A stretch of DNA of 64,000 bases from Octopus vulgaris (lineage: Eukaryota), in contig OX597826.1 in NCBI GenBank assembly GCA_951406725.2, positions 82,522,001 through 82,586,000 of the forward strand. The letters are read 5' to 3'. How positions within the stretch are numbered: position 1 is the stretch's first letter; each line of letters starts with the position of its first letter. This document shows positions 1-12,459 of the stretch, one piece after another. The translations under genes were made by a program, and so were the position numbers. Under the pieces are notes generated by a model. That model was not told the origin of the DNA. It searched no databases and saw only the letters and a program-made list of their open reading frames with translations.

Positions 1-147
1 TTAACGGTTTGAATTAAATGTAACCATTTTGCGTTGACTCTGCAGTTTGAATCACTTTAACCAAATTTTAGCAGGCCGGATTTTTGATCATCACGATACA
101 TCGCCAGCGACTCCCTGAAACTCTCCCCTGAAATCTCCGTTGAGAAA

Positions 148-649
148 TCTATATATATAAAACTCAACTTGTGTGTCTGTGTGTGTATCTGAGTGTATGT
201 CTGTGTGTTTCACTTTTTGATCTGCCAAGTTTCATTATTAAGGATGGAAAGTAGTGTGTAGCAAATCTCTATATATAAAGCTGAAGTTGTCTGTGGCAGG
301 TTTGGTAGCTTTCAACTAACACTATCTCCTTCGAGACCCTGCAGCGCAAGTTGACCAAAATTGATAGTATGATAGAAGACGGCTTGCTCTTCATTTGGTT
401 GAAGATAAAATTCAAATCGGACCATGTTAACACCAAAAATTATTTACATCAAAAAGGTGCTTTTTTTCTATGAAAATCCCTATTTTTTACGATTTTTGAC
501 TGCTGTGTCACCATTTTTCGGTGTATTTCAACTGGAAAAATGTTCACTTGAAGAGAATAACAAGTTGCATAATACAAAATTTTTACTTTTCAAAAATTCC
601 AATTCTAAAGGATCGAAACACACCCAAGCAACACCGGGTGATACTACTA

Positions 650-650
<1 letters not shown>
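148..650 (+). mobile_element. Non-autonomous Helitron-like element with two nested 5' ends (148 and 266)
   Basis: 5' A|TCTATATATATAAAACT at 148 and A|TCTCTATATATAAAGCT at 266. 3' hairpin CACCC-aagcaacacc-GGGTG (621-640) followed by CTAG|T at 647-651. These are the canonical Helitron termini (TC...CTRR, inserted between A and T). Confidence 0.7.
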
Positions 651-705
<55 letters not shown>

Positions 706-803
706 GAGTAGATGTGTGTATGAATACATTTCAATGTATCTCTGTATATATGCATGTTGTTTAACTTTTTGTAAACACACACAAACATTAAAATTTGTAT
801 ATT

Positions 804-1229
804 TACTCTTTTCTCTTTTACTCTTTTACTTGTTTCAGTCATTTGACTGCGGCCATGCTGGAGCACCGCCTTTAGTCGAGCAACTCGACCCCGGGACTTA
901 TTCTTTTTTTGTAAGCCCAGTACTTATTCTATCGGTCTCTTTTTGCCGAACCGCTAAGTGACGGGGACCTAAACACACCAGCATCGGTTGTCAAGCAATG
1001 CTAGGGGGACAAACACAGACACACAAACAAACACACACATACATATATATATATATATACATATATACGACAGGCTTCTTTCAGTTTCCGTCTACCAAAT
1101 CCACTCACAAGGCTTTGGTCAGCCCGAGGCTATAGCAGAAGACACTTGCCCAAGGTACCACGCAGTGGGACTGAACCCGGAACCATGTGGTTGGTTAGCA
1201 AGCTACTTACCACACAGCCACTCCTGCGC
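804..1229 (-). mobile_element. tRNA-derived SINE (octopus-type, CORE-like domain), near full length
   Basis: Minus strand starts GCGCAGGAGTGGCTGTGTGGTAAG (A box), then GGTTCAGTCCC (B box), then ACCTTGGGCAAGTG (CORE-like), an internal (TA/CA)n tract, CCAGCATGGCCGCAGTCAAATGACTGAAAC and an AAAGAGT-repeat tail. Multiple homologous copies occur in the window. Confidence 0.85.
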
Positions 1230-1256
1230 ATACATATATACATAAATACTTAAATA

Positions 1257-1372
1257 TCTACATATATAAAACTGAGAATGCGTGTCTGTTTGTCTGCGTG
1301 AATCCCTAAAACTTGAGAACTACACAACCAATTACATTCACATTTTACACATGCCTTACTTAGAGTCCATGG
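1257..1372 (+). mobile_element. Helitron-like 5' terminus
   Basis: A|TCTACATATATAAAACTGAGAATGCGTGTCTGTTTGTCTG resembles the 5' end at 148. No matching 3' hairpin plus CTAG was identified. Confidence 0.45.
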
Positions 1373-2739
1373 GTTTAGGGCCGCTTGCTCTGAGCTCCGT
1401 AGGGATGACTGCTCACCGCCATCAGCCGGCAGACAGCACTACGGTGATCAGAGCTTGCTCTGGGCTCCGTAGGATGACTGCTCACCGCCACCAGCCGGGC
1501 ACTTCACTCCACTTCACTTCACATTGGAGTTCTAATGATAGCGAAATATTGGCAACAGTCACCAAGGATCTCAAAATAGTTGGCAATAATTATACTTTAA
1601 GTATATCCATTAAAAACGACGGATATCTAAGTGCTCAATCAACCTGCTTTGCTTTTCCCGAGAGATTTTGAAACTCAATAGTATTTTGACTCATGAATAC
1701 TTATCTACGCACCAACTCAGCGACGTTATTCGAGATTTCAAAGCTTATATTGAATCTTCAGATGTTTATGAAAACTTGTCAAAACATTGCACATTGACTG
1801 TTTTCCTCAAAGGGTATATTCTCATTGAAACTCTGTTTGTTTCTTTGGAATATAAACACCTTTATTGTAATGTCCTCTTGCTATTTGTAAAAAAAAAAGT
1901 ATGCTCTTGTGTTTTTCATATATGCAGTTCCTAACTGAAAGAAACCAGCTGTGCACTCCAGGCAAATAGAGAGTTCTTTTGTCTTAGAATATTTCGGGGT
2001 ACATTGGGCATTTTTGTCATTCTAAAATCGTTAGATGAAACGAGACACGAAAGGGAAATTTTGGCTTTCCAAAAACCTGAACGAATCCATTTAGTGAGTA
2101 ACCCATCTTTTGAAATCCTTACCTAGAATCCTCCTAGCGTAACAAGCAATTCTCTTTATGGACCACTGTCATTAACAAGAGACATTTTCTTATGAGGCAG
2201 GTGGTTTGATCTCAACACTTGCATGTGGATCTTTGTGCATATCCTTGTCAGCGGTATTGGTTGTGATATCGTCTATCAAGTTTGGTTTACCTTTACAACA
2301 TGCACATTAAGGAGTTCGTGGTGTTTATGCTTTTTGGAAGTGGTGCTGAAATTCATAGTTGTTTGTGGAAACATCAGGGTAGAATGTAAGATTTTGGCGA
2401 TGTCATGGTACTTTTCCTAACTAGTCACATATGGGTTAGGAAGTCCTCAGTATGTTAATGTACACTATATTTCTTTTCTACAAAATCATTTCTTGGTAAC
2501 AACAGAATTGTAAAGGGCTTTTTATCTATCGAAAAAATCTCTGCCATAGTGTTGGTAAGACAGTCTTTCCTCAGAGCAGCTACTGAAGTTTTCGTTGTAA
2601 CAGCTGGGGTTATGATTTCTATGAACATAAAGTCATACTCGATAGGCGTTTTAAAGAGAAACATACTTAAATATTTGTGTATGTATACATACATGCATTA
2701 CATATATATATATATAGATATATATTCACACACACGCGC

Positions 2740-2775
<36 letters not shown>

Positions 2776-3136
2776 ATATTTATATATATATTTATATATA
2801 TATACTTACTAGCGTTTTTTTCTCTTTCGGGCTGTTGCTTAAGGAGACATCCTTACAGTATAAACAGCAACTCACACAAGCTGTTTGGTTGATCTGATGG
2901 TAGTTGGTAGGATGAGAGTTGTTAAGAGGAACAACGTGAACAAGCTGGAAGATATAGTTCTCTAGGCAGTGAATTAAATAAAATAGAAAACATCATGTTG
3001 TTTCTCAGAGATGACCAAACTAGTCTGCAGAGCAGAACTTAAGCATGTATGCGTATAATATCAATAATACATTGCTATGTTAGAAGAAAATAAAGAAATT
3101 AAAAAAGAAAAAGAATTTTTAAAATCCATAGTAATC

Positions 3137-5820
3137 GCTACTGGTAACATGTAATTCAGTACAACCTGTTACATTGTCGGGTCAACGGCCATTAAAGTGG
3201 CAACACCACCAAGCTTGCTTGATGAGGAGAATGCTTGTTGGACACCCTACGGGACAAAACACAAAATCCGTCAAAGGGCGGAGGAACTCGTGAATAGTCA
3301 ACGGTCATTCAACAAAATGTGTGTTAAAATGTGTGTACATAAGTATTCATTGCTTTATATACCTTATTTCTTAAATCTCCAAGTCAGTCACTCAGCACCA
3401 GAGCGAAAACCAGCACTTGTTGCCCTTAACTAAAGAACTACAACGTTAACATAGCTGTACTCAGTCTTGCAGGACCATCAAAGTTGGACAAAAGTAATGG
3501 TCGATACATATTTTTCTGGTTTGGAAGAAATGAAGACGAGCCACAGCTCTTGGTGTTGGTTTTGCCATCAAAACAGAAACATCTAGATCCCTTGTTTCTC
3601 TACTCAGACGTATTTCTGACTGCATCATTACACTGGCGTTGGAATTTGATCACAACACTTGTGCTACGCTTGTCAATTGCTATACCCCAACCATGGCCAG
3701 CACTGAGCAGGGAAAGGATGAATTTTACAATCAACTCCATGATGTCATCTCCAGTTGTCACCGTAGGGATAAACTTATTATTATGCGCGACGCCCGAGTT
3801 GGTATTGACTGTCAGACATGGGAGGGTGTACCTGGTCGCCATGGTATAGGCCGAATGAACTCCAGCAGTTTGCGTGTGCTCTCCATCTGCAGGGAATTCA
3901 GTCTAAGCATCACAAATACCTTTTTACAACAGCGAAATCGTTGCAAGACGATCTAGATGCATCCTAAACCTAAGGATTGGAATCTCATAGACTATGTTAT
4001 CACTAAGAAACGAGATATTAGAAACTTTAACGTTACACGTTCCTTTCATAACGCCTGCTATCTCTCTGACCATTCTCTTCTCCGTAGTAAGGCTATGTTC
4101 CATCTGATACACACAAGACTACAACAGTCATCAGTGCCTAAGCTCATTCATGTTCTGCCTTTGAAAACTGTTGAAAAGCAGGCTGAGCTCTCTATCAAGT
4201 TGGACACTGCACCCAACACTGTTGATATCATTGATGACATAGAATAATCTTGGAAGGCTCTGTGGGATGCAACGTACTCTGCATATCTGTTGAGGTTCTC
4301 GGATTTCCTGTTCGTAAACATCAAGATTGGTTCAGTGATAACAACACTGCTCTCCAACAGTTGATAGGTAACATGCACAGCTCTCACAAAACATGGATAA
4401 ATGATAAGAACTCAACCAGAAAAGTGAATATTTATAAAATGCAGAGGCCAGGTCCAACGTGCTCTGAGACAGATGACGGAGGCTTGGTGGTCTTCAAAGG
4501 CTACTAATCTCCAAGACGCTACAGACAGAAAGGATTCTAAAGCCTCTTATGATGGCCTCAAGAAAGTGTATTGTCCTTAAAAGCGTGGTGTTACTCCTAT
4601 CTTTTCATCCAATCGAGAGACACTGTTGACTGAAAAATCTGACATCCTGAAACGATTGAAATATCATCTGGAAGCCATATTGAACTCCACCTGAGTCACT
4701 AAAGATGGAGTCATAATGTCGATTCCACAACACGCTGAAATACCGGAATTGTCTCTGGAGCCAGCCTTCCTGGAAGTAGTAAACTCTGTTAGACATATCT
4801 CTACCGGTAAAGCGCCAGGCAGAGATGCTGTCCCTCCTGGGATCTACAAGAATGGAAGACAAGCATTTAAAAAAATTGCATGATCTCTCCATAAATATTT
4901 GGGTGGTAGGCCGTGTACCACAGGATTTCAAGGATGCCTCAATGCAACATCTACACAAAAACTAAGGAAATAGAGGTGTCTGTGATAATTATTGTGGGAT
5001 ATTAATTCTCTCTGTTGCTGGTAAGATTCTTGCTCAGCTCATTCTTGACAGGATCACCAAACACGTCATTAATGATATCCATCTGAATCCCTGCGTGGAT
5101 TTCGCTCTGCTCGGGGCATTATCGACATTATCTTTTCCCTTCGACAGGTCATGGAGATGCTACATGAGAAAAACCAAGAGTTGTTCTTAATATTCATTGA
5201 CCTTAACGAGGACTTAGACACTGTTAACTGGCAAGCACTATGGAAAGTTCTGAAAAAGCCTGGTATAACTGTCAAGATGTTGAATGTTATCATCTCCTTT
5301 CATGAGGAAATGAAGGCTGTTGTCGTATCTGGTGAAGAATATTCAGCTTCCTTCGACGTTACAAACGGCACAAAGCAAAGTTATGTTATGGCCCCTGCTT
5401 TGTTTGCACTCTTCTTTTCAGTGATGCTGAGGCATGCTTTTGGCAACATACAAAGTGGTGTCAAATTCCAGTTTTGAACAAGTGGGGGACTATTCAATCA
5501 TCAGCATTTCAAAGCCAGAACACTGCTATGCACCAGTATCATTCGTGATCTACTTTTTGCAGATGTTACTATACTAGTAGCGACCTCCTTAGACGGAATT
5601 TAGGAACTTCTAGACCGGTTTTCTGCTGCATGTAACGCTTTTGGTTTGACCATCAGCATAAAGAAGACAGACGTAATCCACCAACATTGCCCTACTCCCA
5701 AATAAATTCGAGACGTCAAGCAGAGGCCACCGGTTCACAATATTCCTGACACACCAATACAAGAAATATTCCTGACACAATATTCCTGACACATCAATAC
5801 AAGTTGATGGGAAAACCTAA
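3137..5820 (+). mobile_element. Degenerate RTE-clade LINE (5' leader, APE endonuclease, reverse transcriptase); frameshifted and 3'-truncated
   Basis: Endonuclease fragments APERKPALVAL, VNCYTPTMASTEQGKDEFYNQL, SITNTF and HPKPKDWNLIDYVITKKRD...SDH. RT fragments GKAPGRD, VPQDFKDA, GFRSARGIIDIIFSLRQVME, LIFIDLNEDLDTVN, NGTKQSYVMAPALF and DLLFAD. Many stops and frameshifts. Confidence 0.92.
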
Positions 5821-5829
5821 ATTACTTAA

Positions 5830-6065
5830 CCGATAAGTTACGTGGACGTAAACACACCAACATCGGTTATCAAGAGATGGTGGGGAGACATACATATATA
5901 TATTTATATATACGGCGTGCTTCTTTCCGTTTCAATCGACCACATCCACTTACAAGGTTTTGGTCGGCCAGAGGCTATAGTGGAAATAGTTGCCCAAGGT
6001 GGAATTGAACGCGGAAACTATATGGTTGGGAGTCGAGCTTTTTACCACACAGCTATGCCTGCGCC
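5830..6065 (-). mobile_element. tRNA-derived SINE, same family as 804-1229, diverged
   Basis: Homologous segments GGACGTAAACACACCAACATCGGTT, CAAGGTTTTGGTCGGCCAGAGGCTATAG, TTGCCCAAGGT and TTACCACACAGCTATGCCTGCGCC. Confidence 0.8.
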
Positions 6066-6078
6066 CATGTATCTATGT

Positions 6079-6139
<61 letters not shown>

Positions 6140-7311
6140 TATGTATGTATGTATGTATGTATGTATGGACCAAAACAGTTTGATTCAAATTCGCATCTAC
6201 CTACCCACGTATTGAACCATATACTTGCATATTCTGCCCCTTCTCACATCCTCCCCCTAACAACCTGACCATTAAATGTTTAAATATTTTCGAAATTAGC
6301 GGGGTTTTTTTGGTACTGTACTTGAACCTGGAATAGGGAAATTAATTTTAGTGTCGTATATGATGTGAACTTACCCCCTGCTATTCTACTCAATAAGTTA
6401 TATATATATATATATTTTCTTACTATTTTCTATAACTTCTTATTGTGTTTTCTTATTTTGATACCTTTACCTATTAACCTCTTATCTCTCATATAAACTC
6501 TCTGCTTACTTAAGCCTAGAAGAGTTGATTATAATACATCCATAATAAAGTACAAATATTTGTGTATATTTGCATGCGTGCACATAGTTATATATGTACA
6601 TATATCTGTGCACAACTTGTTTTTCCGATTTTTTTCTTTTCTGATTCTTAGCTTATAATTAATATAAAGATAGCATGATTTATCGCCTCAGTATTCCATA
6701 AGTAAATACCCAGAGCAATCTTTATAGAAACCACCTTATAAGTAAATAATTAAGTACAGGTATAAATAGTAAACTAATTCTATGTAATCTTCCCTTTCTA
6801 ATGTTGAAAATTGGTATATATTCACAGTTTATCTATTCTGGTTATGATATCATTTTTAGTAACTTTAAATTTTATCTTCATACAACATAATATAGTTTAT
6901 ATACAATCATCCATTGTATCCCATGATAGTTTCCTCTGTATTAGCATCATAGGTTTTATTAGCATCTTGTCCCTTTAATTAGTAACTGACATCTTGATTT
7001 AGGGTCTCCCCCTACCCAGCCTCCTTTATGGACAGTTACTTATGCATTTCCTAAAATCCTGATAATATTTATGACCATACCCAACTATAAACTGTCAACT
7101 CACTCTGATAAAGAAACAGTAGGAAATTTTAAATGAACCACGATCTTTTACAAGCTATGGGCCCTAAAATACTTCATACAGTTCTTAGAAGTATAATATA
7201 TTCTGAGTCATATTAGTAGAACATGGACCTCTTCCCTCTTCTTGCTCAACTAGAGAATTTGAGTAAAATTATATTAATGCGTCCAACTAATATATATATA
7301 TATATATATAT

Positions 7312-7588
7312 ACCGGAGTAAACACATAAATGTGAAACAAGGTGGAAAAAAGAGTACTCAAATACCAGTGGTAGAGTAATATGCTTTATTTTAAGCAGCA
7401 GAAAATTCAACAAAATCTGTTACTCTGAGTTTCTCGTTGCCGTTCATCAGACAGTTTTTGCTAGAATGGAACTGTATAGATTGAATTGATATATCAGTTC
7501 CATTCTAGCAAAAACTGTCTGATGAACGGCAATGAGAAACTCAGAGTAACAGATTTTGTTGAATTTTCTGCTGCTTAAAATAAAGTAT
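7312..7588. mobile_element. Fold-back, hammerhead-containing non-autonomous Penelope-like fragment inside (TA)n
   Basis: Arms 7381-7474 and 7495-7588 are near-perfect reverse complements separated by a 20-nt spacer. (TA)n flanks both sides. Confidence 0.75.
7509..7558 (+). ncRNA. Type I hammerhead ribozyme motif (mirror copy 7411-7460 on minus)
   Basis: caaaaactgt-CTGATGA-acggcaatga-GAAA-ctcagag-TA-acagattttg. Stem I pairs 9 of 10 positions. Stem II is short (CG-GCAA-CG in the mirror copy). Stem III is ACT/AGT and the cleavage triplet is GUA. Confidence 0.65.
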
Positions 7589-7609
7589 ATATATATATAT
7601 ATATATATA

Positions 7610-8036
7610 GTTAATCCAAACAAGAAAGCACAAAAAAAAACACAACGTGGAACAAATATAGTATTATTGGACGCTCAGGAAAGAAGGAGGGTTTAACGTT
7701 TCGAGCGGAGCTCTTCGTCGGAAATATAGGAGAAGGAAAAATCCAGGGAAGGGAAGACAGAGGGAAAAATCGCAAAAAAGGACGAGGAAAAAGTGGTAGA
7801 GTCACGGACAAATTTTTTTGATTTCCAATCACGATTTCAGTGGCGTACTGCGGAAGAATGGTAACAGTAATCCGTAAGTGTAAAAATCCAGGAATTGGTA
7901 TCCAAGGCACTCAGAGGGCCGGGTTTCGTGTGAGCGTACGGTATATAAAGTTAATCCAAACAAGAAAGCATAAAAAAACACAAAAGCACGAGGACGTAGA
8001 ACAAATATAGTATTATTGGACGCACAGGAAAGAAGG
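7610..8036 (-). mobile_element. About 340-nt unit plus partial direct repeat (Penelope pseudo-LTR or retrozyme-like) with a minimal HHR at 7691-7725
   Basis: GTTAATCCAAACAAGAAAGCA...TATAGTATTATTGGACGC is repeated at 7610 and 7950. Minus strand reads attt-CCGACGA-a-GAGC-tcc-GCTC-GAAA-CG-TT-aaac. Confidence 0.65.
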
Positions 8037-8359
8037 ATATATATATATATATCAAAAGGATTTGTTATAATACTATTCCACAGCCATACCAACAATCCAA
8101 CATAGCTCCATCATCAGCTGCCCGACGGATATCATTATGGTTTCGACACCTGGGCGGTTTTTCACCTGTACATATCTATCATATATATATATATATGTAT
8201 GTGTGTATGTGTGTATTACGGAGATGTACTTGCATAACACGAGACCTGAACGAGATCGTGTGCTGAAAGAAAAACAATTGCAGCGTGGAAGGTGTTTATA
8301 AACCATTTAAAAACACATGTACAAAAACACAGACACGTATACACGCTTATATACCTAAA

Positions 8360-8725
8360 TACTTACATGCATACATACATACATTCATATATACATACAT
8401 ATATACGTATAGGCATGCACACATGCATACATATATACATAATCACATATTTACACGTATGTATAGATACATACGTACATACATACATACACATACATAT
8501 ATACATACACAGATACATACATACATACATACATACATACATACATACATACACACATACATACATAAATACATACACACACATACATATATACGTTCAT
8601 ACATACACACATACATACATACATACATACATACATACATACATACATACATACATACATACATACATACATACATACATACATACGTACGTACGTACGT
8701 ACGCACGTAGGTACGTACATATATA
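8360..8725. repeat. (ACAT)n compound microsatellite
   Basis: Directly visible tandem tetranucleotide repeat. Confidence 0.95.
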
Positions 8726-8823
8726 TCATGAATTAACTGTCACTTTCTCAGATACAGCAGGGAATTTTGTCAATGAACAGTTCGCGGTCTCAAAGTGACG
8801 AAAATATTTTGGCAAATAAAATT

Positions 8824-9072
8824 TGCTTGACTGTGTGGTAAGAAACTGGCTTCCTAACTACATGGTTGTCGCTTCAGTCCCACTGTGTGGCACCTTGTGC
8901 GTGAGAGTCTTTGTATCTCTGCTTGTACCCCCGCCATTGACTGACAATCGATGCTGGTGTATTTACGTGCCCGTAACCAAGCGGTTCGCAAAATATACCG
9001 ATAGAAAAAGTTGTACGACTACAAAAACCTTGAAGGCTATGCTCCAGCATGGCCGCAGTCAAATGACTAAAA
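8824..9072 (+). mobile_element. tRNA-derived SINE, internally shortened copy
   Basis: TGACTGTGTGGTAAG...CAGTCCCACTGTGTGGCACCTTG head and GCTCCAGCATGGCCGCAGTCAAATGACT tail. Confidence 0.8.
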
Positions 9073-9748
9073 GTGATTTAAAACCAGAAACGGCGACTCT
9101 AATCTGTGCTTCCCAAGAGCAAGCACTAAGAACAAACTACATAAAATACAGATTAGACAACACAGCAAGTGATAAGTGCAGAATATGTGGACAAAACTGT
9201 GAGGAAGTATGGCATATTACCAGCTAACGTACACCACTAGCCCAGGGGGAATATAAGAGACGCTACGACAATATAGCCAAGCTTGTTTGTCCATTAGACA
9301 CTGCAGCAAGTATGGATTTGAAAGAGAAAATAATTGGTGCGACCACAAACCTGAAGGCATCGTCGAAAATACATATACAAAGATCCTCTGGGATTTTATG
9401 ATTCAATGCGACCATGAGATAGAGAATAGGAAGCCGGACATGGTGTTAATTGAGAAAGAAAACAAACTATGCAGGATCATAGTTATAGCATGTCCAGCTG
9501 ACAACAAGGTATGCGATAGGGAAGAAAGAAAAGTCGAGAGATATGACAGGTTAGCTTGGGAAGTTAAGCAGTTGTGGTCGATGAAAAAGTTAGCAGTAGT
9601 ACCAATAATTGTCGGAGCCCTGGGATCAGTGAGCAAAAATCTCGAGAAGTACGTGGAACAAATAGGGACTGCAATAAGTGTGGAGCACTTGCAGAAAATA
9701 GTACTGCTTGGAACCGCTCGAATACTCCAGAAGGTGCTCGAAAAATAA
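9073..9748 (+). mobile_element. 3' end of a non-LTR retrotransposon with restriction-like endonuclease (R4/Dong-like), 5'-truncated pseudogene
   Basis: KPETATLICASQEQALRTN, zinc knuckle CRICGQNCEEVWHITS*(C), RYDN-like motif, ILWDF, RKPDMVLIEK (PD-(D/E)xK nuclease), K.ERYDRL, VVPIIVGALG and LQKIVLLGTARIL at the C-terminus. Confidence 0.85.
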
Positions 9749-9799
9749 GTGAGCTCGCAGTACATCTCCATTGTTAGAAGCTGTGCAAAGGCAATGTAT

Positions 9800-9842
<43 letters not shown>

Positions 9843-9859
9843 CATACATACATACATAC

Positions 9860-9898
<39 letters not shown>

Positions 9899-10032
9899 TA
9901 TATATATATATATGATAAAGGATAAAACGTTATAAAAAAATCTTTATCAATGGCCAGCACATAAAAAATAGGCCGATTAAGGTGAAATCATATATATATA
10001 ATTATAATGCCCGTAATTATATATATATATGT

Positions 10033-10078
<46 letters not shown>

Positions 10079-10165
10079 GTGTATGTATATATATATATAT
10101 TTATATGCATATATACGATCATATACTCACACACATACGCACTTATTTATATCTGTCTGTATGTA

Positions 10166-11415
10166 AAGGGTGGGAAAGCAAAACTTGCAAAATTGCTGCA
10201 GCGTTTGAAATTCTCTCATTGCGCATTAATAGGTTCAGTAATTCAAAAATAGGTTAATAACATTCACATGCAATTACAAAACGAAAAATCTATTCTGCGT
10301 GGCTTCCATTGTTTGTAATTACGGCCTCCACTCGGGCCCCCGGAACCCACACAATTCTTGATCACGAAGCCAGTGGACACTCTGTCCCACTCCTCATTGA
10401 TGCCAGCCTTCAGAGGGCTGATGCTGGGGTGTGCAGTTTTTTGCCACACAATATAGTCGAGGGGGTTGAGATCCGGGCTGAAAGATGGTCAGAAATCTGC
10501 AGGCCAGAAAGTAGCAAATTTGATTGGCAGAAATCCTGCATCTTCCTGGGAGTATAGCTGGGAGCACCATCCTTGGTCCGCACATAGTTGCCCTCCGGGA
10601 AATTGTGCTTGAACCATGTCAAGTCATGGTAACTCAGCGTCTTCTAGGAGGAGTCAGCACCCACCTTTTCTCCAGAGTTGTAGAAGTAGATAGGCATCTT
10701 CCTTCTGTCGGAGACCACAACACCGAAGGTCAACACCTGGGCTTGATGATTTGTTCCATATATGCCCCTCGCGTCAGTCAGCTGTGGACTCTGCAATGTA
10801 CCGGTTGTTTCTGCGGTTCACAACTGCATCCACTGTGAAGATTTCTCGTGAGAGAAACTTTTCAAAGTGGATCCGTTCTTGAGTTGTGTGAGAACCTTTC
10901 TGCACCTTTCCAGTCTCGTGGTCTTCATACATCCTGTCAGTTGGTGTCTCGGTAACGTGGTGTAGAACTTGAGGTTCATGTCATCATTCACAGCTCTTCT
11001 GACGGTCATAGGGTCTGCTTCAAGTTCAGAAGCCAGCTTCCTAATGGATGTGGTTGGGTCCGTTGCAATTTTGGATTTGAGGGTGTTGATGAAGTCGTGA
11101 TTCCGCTTCTTGTTGGTCTCACCTGAATGCTGTTGCCCATGTACAGTCTCTACTTGGTGTTATAAACTGTTCATGAGGATACTCCGACAATGCTTCACAG
11201 ATCCTCTTCAGATCGACTTGTGCACGGACCAAATCACATACTCTTTGGCGTTTGTCTTCCTGCAGAGTCATAAACTCCAACATTCCTGCAAAAAGGAATT
11301 TCCCATGAGCGGACAATGTATTCTTTGTTCTGCATTAGGTTTCATATTATTTGCTGTAGCAGTTGCTGTGAAATATTAGCGTAACTTCAAATGCAAGCTT
11401 TGATTCCCGACCCTG
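10166..11415 (-). mobile_element. Tc1/mariner-superfamily DNA transposon (maT/DD37D-like), degenerate
   Basis: Terminal inverted repeats (TIRs) AAGGGTGGGAAAGCAAAACTTGCA and TGCAAGCTTTTGATTCCCGACCCTG. Minus-strand fragments QEDKRQRVCDLV, MTVRRAVNDDMNLK...TRLERCRKVL, DGAPSYT, a frameshifted SPDLNPLDY-like segment and LKAGINEEWD. Confidence 0.85.
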
Positions 11416-11669
11416 TGTTTATGTATGTTAAAAAATGTTTAAGTCATATCCTTAAGGATATCCTGTTGGAATGGCGATGATAGACTAAACTTATTCAAAT
11501 CCAGACTCCTTAATTTAAAGTCTATAAACTAAGTGACCTTAATATATTGGTGCTTTTGTTAGGGGCCGCGTCTACCAACTACATTGCTTGGTGATTTGTC
11601 CCTCCTTTCTTCAGAAAAGATCAGTTGGCCATATTGACAAGAGACAAAGCACTCTATATATATCTTTTA

Positions 11670-12070
<401 letters not shown>

Positions 12071-12394
12071 AGGAAGTGAGAGTGAGTCATGTTGTCGGGA
12101 AGCAAAGTCCTTACAGCACCGACGCGTCTCCACTTTGGGCCGCCTTAACATTTATTTTATGTTTAGGCCGGACTAGAACGCTTACCGAACTTTCTCCGTC
12201 TCACGCTTATATGCTTATAGACGTACATGCACACACACATATACATATTTGTACATCTCTCAAGAAAATGTTTCTCGTTCTCTCTTTCTCTCTCTCTCTA
12301 AACACACACACATACACACACAACACAGAGAAACACAAACACATGCATATATATATATATACATACATATATATATACATACATATATACATAC

Positions 12395-12459
<65 letters not shown>

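Noticed and set aside
1160-1229. tRNA gene
   Set aside because: A and B boxes are present but continue into a SINE body that is repeated many times. No complete cloverleaf.
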